This document shows, piece by piece, positions 40,694 through 51,062 of a stretch of 64,000 nucleotides of DNA. Each line of letters starts with the position of its first letter. Within the stretch, counting starts at the first letter, position 1. Where the stretch lies: assembly GCA_015490995.1 (NCBI GenBank), contig WFWT01000112.1, positions 34,272 to 98,271 on the forward strand, written 5' to 3'. This DNA comes from Anaerolineae bacterium. GTDB lineage: Bacteria; Chloroflexota; Anaerolineae; JAADDB01. Made by a program: the position numbers and the translations under genes. Under the pieces are notes generated by a model. The model saw only the letters and a program-made list of their open reading frames with translations, made no database searches and was not told where the DNA came from.

Positions 40694-43451
40694 TGCCCGC
40701 CTCACTTCCACCCCTGCCGTCCTTACTTCGCCCTACCCATCCCTCGGTCTGCCTTACCCGATCCCAACGGCTGGCCCACTATCGGCGGAGACAGACACAT
40801 ACGCCCTGTTCCTGGCCCGTGCCCTCTACGCGCCGGACACGCTGCCACCTGTCGTACGCGCGCAATACTTCCCCCAGAAGGACGCTACCCTCTATGTGCT
40901 CCAACTGCAACGCTTGTGGCCTCTCCTCTCTCCGGAAGTTCGGCAAACCATCAACCGACTAAAAACCCAACAGCAGGATCAAAATGTATGTCGCACCACC
41001 CTTAGCGGTCCCACCGAAGTGTATACTACCCCCCACTTTGTGATTTACTACACCCTTCAGGGCTCAGATCAGGTCCCGTCGCAAGACACCGATGACAACG
41101 GAGTGCCCGATTATGTAGAAAACGTAGGCCGTGCCTTCGAGCGTTCGTGGGAGGTTATCATCGAGACACAAGGTTGGACCCCACCCCCGCTCGAAACGAA
41201 TGCCCAGCAATATCCCGTGTACCTCCTGAATTTTCTCTACTACGGGGTTACCTGTGCTGACCGGGTCATCGGCGATAACCCCAACAGCGTGAACCGAGTA
41301 GAACGATATGCAGCCCTCAGTCACATCGCCCTGGAGAATGACTACATTGGCTTCCAAGGCGTAGCTTCTGATCTTCTGCAGGTTAGTGCAGCCCACGAAT
41401 TCTTGCACGCCGTGCAGTTCGGCTACGACGCCAGTGAGGATCCCTTCGACGCAGCCTGGTTATATGAGGGCACAGCCACCTGGGTAGAAGACGAAGTGTT
41501 CGACGAAATCAACGACAACTGGCGATATCTCAAAACCTTTTTTGAAACCCCCGATCTCTGCCTTTCATATTATAGCTCTTCACTAAACACTCGCATTTAC
41601 GGCACATGGATTTTTTTTAGATATCTTTCAGAACACGCAGGAGGAGCCCAGCAAATACGTGCGATTTGGGAAGCGACCGTTGAAGAGAACAATGTACAGG
41701 CCCTAATCACGGCGTTGCGCGCGAGCGGCCGCTCACTCCCCGACATTTATACAGACTTCGCAACAGCGCTTGCGCTGCAGCAACCATGTACCGGTGGCAA
41801 CACCCCCTATTGCTGGGAAGAAGCGCCATTTCCCGCTACAGTCCGTACCGAGCCCACGCTCATATGGCGCGATCAACCCATGGTCTTGGTGCCGCCCACC
41901 GGCGTGCAGGCTTTGGGTTGGGACGTCTGGCCTCTAGAATGGGATACACAGGCTCCCCTTCGTCTGAGCAGCATCTTTGACCGTCCTGACCTTTACCGCT
42001 TGCGTGTGATCCAGAACACGTCTCCTATCACCTTTACGGACGTGTGGACCAACGGTGTGACCCTCACACAGCTCCTGACACCGACGACCAGCAACGCCAC
42101 CGTGCTTGTGCTTAACTTAGGGATTCCGACCGGAGCCACCTGCTCTTACCGTACCTATGAGTTACAGCTACAAACTCGTGAAAGCACGCCCTCTCCTACG
42201 CCCACGGCCAGCACCTCACCGACGCCCACGCCGTCCCCTACTCCTTCGCCCACACCCACTCCGATGCCCACAGCTACCCCAACGCCAACGCCACCTCCCA
42301 CCCCAACACCGGTTCCGTGGCCTACGCCCATTTGTGAGGAAATCCTGCGTGATGGCGGCTTCGAAGACCCCTCGGCTGATGCGTGGGTCAGCTCACCTGG
42401 AGGGGTCATTTACAGTGACACAAGTGGCGCCCAAGTGCGTTCAGGCACCCGCAGCGCCTGGTTCGGCGGCTACGCACAGGCCCGTGATTGGCTATACCAG
42501 GAGATCACCCTGCCCGAACAGGCCGACAGCCTACGCCTCTCCTTCTGGGTCTTCATCCAGGGCGCCAACACTCCCTCTCCGGCCCACTTCCTTACCGTTC
42601 GATGGCAGCAACCGGACGGCACGTCGGTATTCACCGTGATTACATTGCACAACTTGAGTCAGCCTCAATGGCAATGGCGCCAAGTTCAGGTGGACGTGAC
42701 CGGTCTGAGAGGACGGACACTCCGGCTTTACTTCGAGGGTACCACCACCGACACGTGGAGTAACTTCTTTGTGGACGATGTCTCCCTACAAGCATGTACC
42801 CGTTCGCCGCTGGTGTGGAATGGCGGGTTTGAGCAGGGTACAGAAGGCTGGGAGATAGGTGGCGATCAACCTGTTGCTGTGGTCACAGATACAGTACGTG
42901 CCGGTACAAACGCTCTTCGTCTGGGTGAGCCTGTCTCCGCCACCGTACAGACCTCTCGCGAAGGATGGGCTGCTCAAACGGTGGTGGTACCGGCAGCGAT
43001 GGCATCGCCCCAAGTACAGTACTGGTATCGGTTTTTCACCAACGATGTGGAAGGGTACAACGCGTTTCGAGTTGAAGTGTGGGATGAAACCAACACCCAA
43101 CGGCTTCTAATCCTAAATGAGGTCGGATATCCTGGTCAGTTTGCCCCACCACCCGGCACAGATTTCGGTTGGCAAAAGGCCACACACGACCTTAGCCTGT
43201 TTCAAGGACGCCGCGTTACCCTGCGCTTCCTCAACCTCAACAAGCACCCAGGTATGTCCTGGGGCTCCTGGGTATACATTGACGAGGTGGCTATCGTAGA
43301 TCCTGTGCTACGGGGTGGGCAACGCGCCTGGATGCCGTACTTGGGTTACCGGGGCAAGCTTACCCCTTCCATGTCCCTTGCCCGAGCGTCGGTTTCGCCC
43401 CGGGCGTCAAAATTACGCCCCTCCAAACGAGGGCAACATCACATCCCATGA
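40581..43451 (+). CDS. Secreted zinc metalloprotease (MXAN_6640-like) with PT linker and two CBM-like beta-sandwich domains
   Basis: Signal-like N-terminus, DTDDNGVPDYVE, AAHEFLHAVQFGY (HExxH), WLYEGTATWVED, (PT)n, two xGGFE...DDV/DEV modules. Confidence 0.78.
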   Translation: MSCFNRSTMRVAVGMVIGLMMGSFLLVLTAHPGSTQDDARLTSTPAVLTSPYPSLGLPYPIPTAGPLSAETDTYALFLARALYAPDTLPPVVRAQYFPQKDATLYVLQLQRLWPLLSPEVRQTINRLKTQQQDQNVCRTTLSGPTEVYTTPHFVIYYTLQGSDQVPSQDTDDNGVPDYVENVGRAFERSWEVIIETQGWTPPPLETNAQQYPVYLLNFLYYGVTCADRVIGDNPNSVNRVERYAALSHIALENDYIGFQGVASDLLQVSAAHEFLHAVQFGYDASEDPFDAAWLYEGTATWVEDEVFDEINDNWRYLKTFFETPDLCLSYYSSSLNTRIYGTWIFFRYLSEHAGGAQQIRAIWEATVEENNVQALITALRASGRSLPDIYTDFATALALQQPCTGGNTPYCWEEAPFPATVRTEPTLIWRDQPMVLVPPTGVQALGWDVWPLEWDTQAPLRLSSIFDRPDLYRLRVIQNTSPITFTDVWTNGVTLTQLLTPTTSNATVLVLNLGIPTGATCSYRTYELQLQTRESTPSPTPTASTSPTPTPSPTPSPTPTPMPTATPTPTPPPTPTPVPWPTPICEEILRDGGFEDPSADAWVSSPGGVIYSDTSGAQVRSGTRSAWFGGYAQARDWLYQEITLPEQADSLRLSFWVFIQGANTPSPAHFLTVRWQQPDGTSVFTVITLHNLSQPQWQWRQVQVDVTGLRGRTLRLYFEGTTTDTWSNFFVDDVSLQACTRSPLVWNGGFEQGTEGWEIGGDQPVAVVTDTVRAGTNALRLGEPVSATVQTSREGWAAQTVVVPAAMASPQVQYWYRFFTNDVEGYNAFRVEVWDETNTQRLLILNEVGYPGQFAPPPGTDFGWQKATHDLSLFQGRRVTLRFLNLNKHPGMSWGSWVYIDEVAIVDPVLRGGQRAWMPYLGYRGKLTPSMSLARASVSPRASKLRPSKRGQHHIP
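42184..42331 (+). repeat. Pro/Thr/Ser-rich coding low-complexity repeat
   Basis: [49 protein letters not shown]. Confidence 0.85.
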
Positions 43452-43476
43452 AGCAACGCCAGCGGCTTCGAACAGA

Positions 43477-43530
43477 GGTCAGCCTTGGGGGGTATCCAAG
43501 ACGCTGCGTCAATACCCCCCAAGGCTGACC
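43477..43530. terminator. Perfect 19 bp inverted repeat between convergent genes (bidirectional terminator-like hairpin)
   Basis: GGTCAGCCTTGGGGGGTAT (43477-95) / ATACCCCCCAAGGCTGACC (43512-30). No U-tracts. Confidence 0.7.
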
Positions 43531-43552
43531 GAATCCTCTCCGAAAGGCGCTA

Positions 43553-46500
43553 TTAACGCCGAATGACCTCCACAAAATGGATCCACTCATTTCCATCGTT
43601 GTTACTGCTAATGTAGAAGTCCGCGCCACCGGTACCGTCCGGCAAACTGTTATCAAAGCGAGCATTGGTGAGGGTAACGGTCACCGTCTTCCACTGTCGC
43701 GTATTCTGTTTACGCACCTGTATCGCTTCCACCACCTGCCCATTGGCATTACGGTAGTACAGGCTCCAGGTATCCGTACCATAATCCCAGTACGTGACCT
43801 TCACAGTCGCAGAGCGCACTCCACTCAGGTAGCGGCTACTCACGTCAAAGAACATGTAGGGATTGCCCGTTGCTTCGTCTGTGCGGCGTACAGTCCATCC
43901 TTCCTTGCCCTTGGGTAATGCCGGATTATAGGGCCGTGTGTTGTTCCCCATCCGTTGCACCGAGGGGTCATTGGTTTCAGGTACTGTGCGCCCACCGGGC
44001 AAGTCGTTACGTTGATCCATGAAGAACCCGTAATTTCCCCACTGAGGATTCTGGTGTGGGGGTGCGTTGTTCATGCCCACACACCGCAGCGGGTAGAAGG
44101 GGTCGCGGTGCTCCCGTAGCGCCACCCACGCGCTGGGAGTGGTCTCTTCCGTCACCCCCATGTACTGTGCTGCCCATTTGAAGGGGGCAATCAAGTTCTC
44201 TCGTGGGGCTCCCGAGGAAGTCCGCATGAGCTGGGCGACCACCCGTAGGTATACCGGGTGCTTGTTTAAGGTGTTATATACACCCCACCAAATCAGCTCA
44301 GGCGTGCACGTTTGGTGCTCATAAGCTTCCCAAGCTGTGGGGATAACTCGCCAGTATACCAGTGGGAAGTCATACCACGAACACATAGGGCATGCCCCCG
44401 AGTTAATGTACAAGACGCCTTCGCCATCGGGATACATGAGGTTCAACGATAACCCTACCCCGCGGGCAATGGCGTAATTGCTGATCTCACGACGCTCCCA
44501 CGCGTTGAAGGTGACAGGTCCTGTCTGTTGTAGCAAAGGTTTAAGCAGACGCCCTCTGTTATCTGAGAAGGCCTCTACATACCAGTCGGTCACCTTGTTA
44601 ACGAACTCCACCCAGCGAACACTGGTCAACCCTGCTTGTTTCAGCACGTTCAGGTCACCCGGATCGGCAGCTGCCCGGGTTTCACCGTAAATACCGGTGC
44701 CGATAGCGATGTATTCCAGTCGGGGGTCGTTCTTATAGCGGGCGCCCAGCGCGTAGATGAGGGCGCGATATCGTTCTTGCAGCCGTGGGCTTAAGTAGTT
44801 AGGCACGGCCTTCCAGGTACGGCCGGTTTGCGGACAGGTGTACCCCAAATTGCGCTTGATAACAGCCTGTGGATCGTTGACGATGTAATCTGGCAACGCC
44901 CGATCTCCGTTGCACCCTCCGTCCAACAGGACTATAAAGAGTGCCCCCTTCAGCCCCCGCGCAGCCAGTCGGTTCAACCACCGGTCAATCACTTCAAAAG
45001 TGTACCGTCCTTCCTCATTTTCCAGCTGTTTCCAGTGGAAGGAGGCGAGGGTTCCCACGGTGCCAAAGGTTTTAGGATCGTGCCCTACATAATCGTAAGC
45101 CATGTAGATGCCCGGTGCACGTACCGCCTCCCAACCATCAGCCCCTGGTGTGATGGCCGGTGTAGGCACGGGAGTGGGCGAAGGTGGTGGCGGCAACGGC
45201 GTAGGTGTAGGCGGGAGTGTTCCTCCGCCAGCCCGTGTAGGCGTCGGAGTGGGCGTCGGCAGTGGAGGCTGGCCGGGAGGAGGCGTAGGTGGTGGCCCAC
45301 TCCCTTCCGGCGCACGGTACGTGATATCTAATGCCGGCCGCAGGCTTACTGCCGGATACTCACTGCTCAAAAAGTTGTGTTGCACTTGTGGCCCATTGTT
45401 GTACCGGAACCCCTGAATCACCAGTCCGTAATTCTCATCCGGGTTCGCCAACCAATAAGCAACCGCGCTCGTCACATCCAACGTCACCCACGTGTACGTG
45501 CGATCAAAGACCACCTCTCCTACGGGTACCGGATCCCTGTCCTTGGAACCAAACGCGCCCGGCTGTTCCCACGGCTCTCCAACCGCTGCTTGCTTCCATG
45601 TGGCCTGATCCTCACGCCAAGGCCGCCGCAACAAGTACGCCCGCAACACAATCGGCGCGCTCCGATTTCGGGCCCCAGAATACAAACGCAACTCCGCTTT
45701 CTCCAGACGACTCAACGGCGGCAACACCCCACGCACCGAGAAGTACAGAAGCGCCTGATACGTCGGCCCACGACTGTCCTCCGTCCGCACCGTCAACAAC
45801 ACACTTCCACCCTCATTCCGATCCGGGTACCACCGGCTAATGTGGGTGTCCTCCATGGCTGTATATCCATTGCGCCCAGCTTGCAGACGCAACGTCTGGG
45901 GCGGACCGTAACGAATTGGCGTTGGTGTCGGTGTAGGTGTAGGCGTCGGTGTAGGCGTTGGTGTCGGTGTTGGTGTCGGCGTAGGCGTTGGTGTTGGTAT
46001 TGGTGTCGGCGTAGCCGTCGGTGGACGCCCAGGCGTCGGGGTAGGGGTCGGCAACGGGGAAATGGGCATGCTCGTAGTCGGTGTGGACGTCGGTGTCGGG
46101 ACAACTTCGCCAATCCGCTCACGGTACACAACCTCCAGTGCAGGGCGGAAGGGTACAGCGGGATATTCGCTGCTCAGGAAGTTGTGTTCCACCTGTGGCC
46201 CGTTGTTGTACCGAAAAGCCTGGAGGAGAAGCCCCAGATTCTGATCAGGTGCAGCCACCCATCGACGAACCGCCTCTGTGACGTCCAAGGTGATCCATGT
46301 GTAAGTCGCAGTGACTACCGTCTCTCCAACCGGTTCCGGATCGCGATCTTGCTCACCAAACGCGCCCGGGGTCTGCCATGGCTCTCCCGATGCAGCCTGA
46401 AGCCAGGTAGCCTCTTGTTCCTGCCAATTACGTCGCAACACGTAGGCCCGGAGGAGCATGGGAGCATTTCGATTGCGGGCACCGGAGTATAGGCGCAATG

Positions 46501-48766
46501 TCGCTCGTTCAATCTGTGCCCCCTCCGGAATAACCGTCTGCAACGGGAAGTGGAACAACGCCTGATATGTGGGACCAAACCTGTCTTCGGTCCGCACCGT
46601 GAGGATGACACTGCCGCCGAAGTTAGTGGTACGATACCAGCGGCTGATGGCCGTATCCTTCATGCCAAGATATCCATTAGTCCCTTCCTGAAGACGTACA
46701 GTACGTGGCGGGCCGTATATCGGCACAGGCGTCGGCGTAACGCCTGGCTGCTCACGACTAGGGGTAGGCGTAGGGGTCGGCAACGGGGAAATAGGCATGC
46801 TCGTGGTCGGTGTGGACGTCGGTGTCGGTGTACGGGTAGGCAACCGCGTGAAAGTAGCCGTGGGAGTAAAAGTAGGCGAGGGGGTCGGGGTAGGCGTTGG
46901 AGTAAAGGTGGGCGTGAACGTTGGCGTGGGCGTAGGGGTGGGGGTAGCCAACGTGTATTCAATAACCAGCCGCGGTCTCAGAGTAATGTGCGAATCCTCG
47001 CTGCTCAGGAAATTGTGCTGAACCGGGGGCTGGTTGGGAGCGGCAAACCCCTGAACAATGAGCCCATAATTGGGGCGCCGGCCCGTCACCCAATCAACTA
47101 CCGCGCGCGTGATGTCCATACGCATCCAGCGATAAACCGCGTCAAAGGTCACTTCCGCCACCGGTGTGGGATCGCGATCCTCCGGGCCTATGGCGCCCGG
47201 TTCTTGCCAGGGTGTTTGTGCATCCGCGCGCGTAAACGTTGCCTCATGTTCCTTCCAGGGCCGTTTTAGCACGTACGCTCGAAAAACGCCGGGCACGTCG
47301 CGGTTGCGGGCACCGGAGTACAGTTCCAGCCACGCAGAGCGAACGATCGCGTTGGACGGCAACACACTCAGGTCAAATCGGAACAGGCCTTGCAAAGTTA
47401 TCCCGTATCTGTCCTCGCCTCGTATACTGATGTAGTGTAATCCCCCAAAGTTTCGGTAGCGCTCCCACCGACTGATGAAGGTATCTGCCACGCCCTGATA
47501 TCCCTCAACGCCCTCTTGAAGCACCAACCGGTAAGTGTTCTGCGCAGGCCAGGGGGTAGGAGTCGGTGTAGGCGTAGCTGTAGGTGCAGCAGGAGGGGGT
47601 AAAGGCGTATATGTGGGCAGATCGGCTGTACCTCGATAACGAAGCACCATACCGTTCTCGCCCACGATCCAGATGCGCGCCGGGTTCAACACAAATATGC
47701 TGATGGGCACACTATCCCCCGGCAAATCTTGCAATTCCCAGCTCAGGCCCCCGTCCACCGTTGTCAGGAACACAACCCCGGCCTTTACTCGTCGACCGTC
47801 AGGAGTGCGACAGCGATACCAGTAATCGGGTGGGGAAGGACAACGGGCTGCCACCGCATATCCACGATACCGGTCAAGAAACACAACGTCCATCACGTGT
47901 AAGTTTGTATCCAACTGAACATAATCCCAGCTGGTACCGCCATCCCGGGTATAGTAGATACGCCCATAATGTGCGGCGACCCATCCATAGTACGGGTCCA
48001 CAAAGTCGACTGCCCGCACGTGTACCGGTGCCAATTGAGGCACCGGACGCTCCCACGTCCGCCCACCATCTCGCGACCGCACGAACAGCCCCCCGGTGCT
48101 CACCGAGCCGATGGCATATCCGTACCACGTGTTCCCCACAGGAATCCAATCCATGTCCTCAACAGCGGCTCCCCAAGGGGCCGGATTTCCCATGCCGGCA
48201 ATCCACGTGCGACCGCCGTCAGTCGTGCGCAACAGATGACCGGCATTCTGGCTCACACCGACCCACCCGTACCGGCCATCAGGGGAAAAGAACACATCGA
48301 ACTGAGGTTTATCATGTCCTGAGCGCTGGACTTCCCACGTTTGCCAGCCGTCGGTAGTGTGAAGAATACGGCCTAACCGACCAACGGCCCATCCCTCGTA
48401 CGGGGAAATCATGAACAAGCCGCGCATTTCGCGCAGCTCAAAAGTATCGGCCGGCTGAGTATAGAGCTGTTCCCAGGTCTTACCCCCATCCGTGGTGCGC
48501 AGGATGGAGCCTCGATAAAACTGGGTTCCATACCAGAGGGGCACACTGCTTTCACCCACCGCATAACCCAACTCAGGGCTGACGAAGACCGCTTCTTTGA
48601 TGTAATTGTGCCTGGGCACGTACAGCAACTCCCAGCCATCGGTGGCCATAAGGCCTGCCTGGGGTTCCGCGGCAGTGACTCCCCACGAGAGCACCCAAAT
48701 TACGAACAATAACGTACCTATACCGACGAACCGTCCCATGGATTGCATCATCTTCCCGCGCGTCAT
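43553..48766 (-). CDS. Giant secreted modular protein: YCF48/BNR beta-propeller + 3 DNRLRE-like domains + PT linkers + GH-like TIM barrel + C-terminal beta-sandwich
   Basis: Signal peptide. Asp-boxes [16 protein letters not shown] and TRDGGTSW. Three repeats DTxISRW...LYSGARNR...HNFLSSE...[19 protein letters not shown] resembles a GH42/beta-galactosidase-like N-terminus. Confidence 0.75.
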   Translation of the reverse strand: MTRGKMMQSMGRFVGIGTLLFVIWVLSWGVTAAEPQAGLMATDGWELLYVPRHNYIKEAVFVSPELGYAVGESSVPLWYGTQFYRGSILRTTDGGKTWEQLYTQPADTFELREMRGLFMISPYEGWAVGRLGRILHTTDGWQTWEVQRSGHDKPQFDVFFSPDGRYGWVGVSQNAGHLLRTTDGGRTWIAGMGNPAPWGAAVEDMDWIPVGNTWYGYAIGSVSTGGLFVRSRDGGRTWERPVPQLAPVHVRAVDFVDPYYGWVAAHYGRIYYTRDGGTSWDYVQLDTNLHVMDVVFLDRYRGYAVAARCPSPPDYWYRCRTPDGRRVKAGVVFLTTVDGGLSWELQDLPGDSVPISIFVLNPARIWIVGENGMVLRYRGTADLPTYTPLPPPAAPTATPTPTPTPWPAQNTYRLVLQEGVEGYQGVADTFISRWERYRNFGGLHYISIRGEDRYGITLQGLFRFDLSVLPSNAIVRSAWLELYSGARNRDVPGVFRAYVLKRPWKEHEATFTRADAQTPWQEPGAIGPEDRDPTPVAEVTFDAVYRWMRMDITRAVVDWVTGRRPNYGLIVQGFAAPNQPPVQHNFLSSEDSHITLRPRLVIEYTLATPTPTPTPTFTPTFTPTPTPTPSPTFTPTATFTRLPTRTPTPTSTPTTSMPISPLPTPTPTPSREQPGVTPTPVPIYGPPRTVRLQEGTNGYLGMKDTAISRWYRTTNFGGSVILTVRTEDRFGPTYQALFHFPLQTVIPEGAQIERATLRLYSGARNRNAPMLLRAYVLRRNWQEQEATWLQAASGEPWQTPGAFGEQDRDPEPVGETVVTATYTWITLDVTEAVRRWVAAPDQNLGLLLQAFRYNNGPQVEHNFLSSEYPAVPFRPALEVVYRERIGEVVPTPTSTPTTSMPISPLPTPTPTPGRPPTATPTPIPTPTPTPTPTPTPTPTPTPTPTPTPTPIRYGPPQTLRLQAGRNGYTAMEDTHISRWYPDRNEGGSVLLTVRTEDSRGPTYQALLYFSVRGVLPPLSRLEKAELRLYSGARNRSAPIVLRAYLLRRPWREDQATWKQAAVGEPWEQPGAFGSKDRDPVPVGEVVFDRTYTWVTLDVTSAVAYWLANPDENYGLVIQGFRYNNGPQVQHNFLSSEYPAVSLRPALDITYRAPEGSGPPPTPPPGQPPLPTPTPTPTRAGGGTLPPTPTPLPPPPSPTPVPTPAITPGADGWEAVRAPGIYMAYDYVGHDPKTFGTVGTLASFHWKQLENEEGRYTFEVIDRWLNRLAARGLKGALFIVLLDGGCNGDRALPDYIVNDPQAVIKRNLGYTCPQTGRTWKAVPNYLSPRLQERYRALIYALGARYKNDPRLEYIAIGTGIYGETRAAADPGDLNVLKQAGLTSVRWVEFVNKVTDWYVEAFSDNRGRLLKPLLQQTGPVTFNAWERREISNYAIARGVGLSLNLMYPDGEGVLYINSGACPMCSWYDFPLVYWRVIPTAWEAYEHQTCTPELIWWGVYNTLNKHPVYLRVVAQLMRTSSGAPRENLIAPFKWAAQYMGVTEETTPSAWVALREHRDPFYPLRCVGMNNAPPHQNPQWGNYGFFMDQRNDLPGGRTVPETNDPSVQRMGNNTRPYNPALPKGKEGWTVRRTDEATGNPYMFFDVSSRYLSGVRSATVKVTYWDYGTDTWSLYYRNANGQVVEAIQVRKQNTRQWKTVTVTLTNARFDNSLPDGTGGADFYISSNNDGNEWIHFVEVIRR
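45915..46025 (-). repeat. (Pro-Thr)n hexanucleotide coding tandem repeat
   Basis: GGYGTN units on the + strand, encoding TPTPTPTP. Confidence 0.9.
46041..46828. repeat. 59 bp direct repeat pair (46041-46099 and 46770-46828), 729 bp apart
   Basis: Two mismatches. Both copies encode [20 protein letters not shown]. Confidence 0.85.
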
Positions 48767-49117
48767 GGCTACCGTGCACCCTCAATGGAATAATGGATTT
48801 CCGGTGGAACAACGCTGCAAAACCCCGCTACTCCAACGCTTTGCCCCTGTTCCAGGTTACGCCCTTTCTGTACCGTTGACCACGCCAACTCTGCCACCTT
48901 AACCTTCTTAACCAGTTCTCTGTTCACGTGACCTTCCGTCCTCAATGTCCAAATGTGTGCGCACGAATGCCCACCGCGCCTTAGAATTACGGAGAGATTC
49001 CCCGCTCCCACCCAATAGCAGGGTAACAGGTCAACAGCACGGTGACCATCCCCCAGAAGTCCTAGGGTTAACACGAGGTCAACTGATGGTTTGGGCACCT
49101 AACCTGTCCAAGGCGCG

Positions 49118-49169
49118 ACGAGAGGGCCTGACAACCACCAACATCAACACTGTTGCCAGGCCCTCTCGT
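49118..49169. terminator. 18 bp hairpin downstream of the SWIM gene
   Basis: ACGAGAGGGCCTGACAAC / GTTGCCAGGCCCTCTCGT, one mismatch that is a G-U pair on the minus strand. No U-tract. Confidence 0.6.
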
Positions 49170-49253
49170 GCGTTCTACGCGCTCGACCTTATGTGACTCG
49201 TACGTTCTTCACGTTACATCATCACCGTGACCGGGAGGTGATATCCTTTCAGC

Positions 49254-49511
49254 TCAGGCGGTGGGCAGTTGTTCCTGGACCACAGGGGACACCATGCCTT
49301 CCAAGATGCGCTCCAAGGCCATGGTATGACTGCACACCCCGCGCTGGGCGAAGAAGTGGCACGTACAATGCCACACACCGCCATTATATGTCACCACATG
49401 TGTGCCGTGATTTCCGCGAAAGGATACCTGAAAGGCTTCAAAGGTTACCCGCTCTCGTTCCTGTGCATACTGCTTTGCCTTCAGGATCTTGCCGATCATC
49501 GCTGAGTCCAT
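49254..49511 (-). CDS. Small SWIM-type zinc finger protein
   Basis: WHCTCHFFAQRGVCSH (CxC...CxH). ATG 49511 with RBS aaggagg. Confidence 0.85.
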   Translation of the reverse strand: MDSAMIGKILKAKQYAQERERVTFEAFQVSFRGNHGTHVVTYNGGVWHCTCHFFAQRGVCSHTMALERILEGMVSPVVQEQLPTA

Positions 49512-49582
49512 AAGGCATCCTCCTTTCGTCACCCTGTGTGGACTACCCTTCAGGCAGAAACTCCGAGGTACACCATATAGCC

Positions 49583-49618
49583 AAATAAAAAGGGCACCAC
49601 GCGTCGCGCGGTGCCCTT
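49583..49618 (-). terminator. Rho-independent terminator in the 5' region of the SWIM gene
   Basis: AAGGGCACC-GCGCGACGCGT-GGTGCCCTT followed by TTTATTT on the minus strand. Confidence 0.85.
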
Positions 49619-49705
49619 CAACTCGAACCTACAGGGTTCAGAATCACCAAGTGCTTGCGTTTTTCCTCGTATCAGGCACATCCCTCTTTGTCTCTCCTCG
49701 GGCTG
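49583..49705 (-). ncRNA. Candidate sRNA or attenuator leader of about 120 nt
   Basis: Bounded by a near-consensus promoter and an intrinsic terminator. No known family recognised. Confidence 0.45.
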
Positions 49706-49710
49706 CAAAG

Positions 49711-49740
49711 AGTATATCCAAGCTCCCTGGTCTGTGTCAA
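49711..49740 (-). promoter_or_regulatory. Near-consensus sigma70 promoter
   Basis: TTGACA-N18-TATACT on the minus strand. Confidence 0.7.
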
Positions 49741-49847
49741 ATGCTCATCCGATAGCGCGAGCGGTTCATGAATCCCCCCTCGACTGTAAAATGTGATATG
49801 ATCCCGCCGTCGGGATAAAGGTCTAATCCTTGGGGAGGCGAAGGTCC

Positions 49848-50681
49848 ATGGGTAGTGCACAAGGGCTTGGAGTCTTTGATATTCGCGAGAAGGTCGTAGT
49901 AGTAACCGGGGGCAGCGGCGTGTTGGGCAGCGCGGTGTGCCAGGGCCTGGGAAGGGCTGGCGCCCGGGTTGCGGTGATGGGCCGGCATCAACAGCGGGTG
50001 GAACAAACCGTACAACGTGTACAGGAGGCCGGCGGTGAAGCACTTCCTCTCATTGGAGACGTCCTCCGACGGGAAGACGTGGAAGCAGCCTGTGAAGCCG
50101 TGCTGGATTGCTGGGGCCAAGTGGACGCACTCTTGAACTTTGCCGGTGGTAACCGCCCAGACGCTACAGTCACTCCCGAACGCCCGTTCTTCGACCTACC
50201 GGAAGAAGCGTTACGGGCAACGCTGGACCTCAACTTAATGGGCACGATCATCCCAGTCCAGGTCTTCGGCAAGGTGATGACCGACCAAGGGGAAGGTGTT
50301 ATCATCAACATCTCCTCGATGGCTGCCATGCGCCCCCTGACACGGGTAGTAGCATACGGCGCAGCCAAGGCAGCCCTGAACAACTTTACCCAATGGTTAG
50401 CCGTGTACATGGCTCGGGAATATTCTCCCCGGATCCGGGTCAACGCCATAGCACCGGGATTCTTCCTCACCCGCCAGAATCAATACCTCTTGATCGACGA
50501 ACAGACGGGTGAATTAACACCGCGCGGCCAAGCCATTATTGACCACACCCCTATGGGACGATTTGGCGATCCGGAGGACCTGATCGGCACCATCATCTGG
50601 CTGGTGTCGGACGCGTCGGCTTTCGTCACCGGGGTGGTCATTCCGGTCGATGGTGGGTTCTCCGCTTTCAGCGGAGTGTAA
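49848..50681 (+). CDS. SDR oxidoreductase, D-mannonate oxidoreductase (B. subtilis UxuB-like) type
   Basis: TGGSGVLG, AGGNRPDAT, PLTRVVAYGAAKAA, IAPGFFLTRQN, PVDGGFSAFSGV. Confidence 0.85.
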   Translation: MGSAQGLGVFDIREKVVVVTGGSGVLGSAVCQGLGRAGARVAVMGRHQQRVEQTVQRVQEAGGEALPLIGDVLRREDVEAACEAVLDCWGQVDALLNFAGGNRPDATVTPERPFFDLPEEALRATLDLNLMGTIIPVQVFGKVMTDQGEGVIINISSMAAMRPLTRVVAYGAAKAALNNFTQWLAVYMAREYSPRIRVNAIAPGFFLTRQNQYLLIDEQTGELTPRGQAIIDHTPMGRFGDPEDLIGTIIWLVSDASAFVTGVVIPVDGGFSAFSGV

Positions 50682-50831
50682 TGCGCTTGCGAGATCGCAT
50701 AATGGCCTGGCGCCCACGACCCGAGTATAATGGGGCCAATGATACCCGACAGCTGTGAGGCTCAAGCAGGCAGCATAGTCTGTAACGCTACATTATCAAA
50801 TTGCCCGATCACGTCTATGGGGAAAGGTGTT

Positions 50832-51062
50832 ATGAATTCCCTCAAACATCTGTGGCACCAACACCCAAATCTGGTTTCCTGGTGTGTTTTATCCATTGGT
50901 ATGATAATAATTCTGATATGGTCAGCACGAGATGTGGGGTTCACACCTGGTCAGTGGGCTGCCCTGATCGCAGCCACCATCCTTCTGGCCGGGTTAAGCG
51001 TGTGGATCATTAGTTGGGAAGAGGACGACGAAACGGCGGGGAACGATGGCCGTGAAGCGTGA
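50832..51062 (+). CDS. Small two-TM membrane protein, function unknown
   Basis: 76 aa, RBS aaaggtg, two hydrophobic helices, acidic tail, overlaps the dnaJ start. Confidence 0.7.
   Translation: MNSLKHLWHQHPNLVSWCVLSIGMIIILIWSARDVGFTPGQWAALIAATILLAGLSVWIISWEEDDETAGNDGREA

Noticed and set aside
45377-47269. Arg/Cys/Trp-rich ORFs (371 aa, 239 aa) and apparent short-repeat arrays, possible CRISPR
   Set aside because: These are antisense readings of Pro-Thr linkers. There is no constant repeat with unique spacers and no cas gene.
49618-49640. tRNA-like GTAGGTTCGAGT (T-loop) on the minus strand
   Set aside because: The T-stem does not close, and no acceptor or anticodon arms are present.
50682-50831. 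CIRCE element upstream of dnaJ
   Set aside because: No TTAGCACTC-N9-GAGTGCTAA match.
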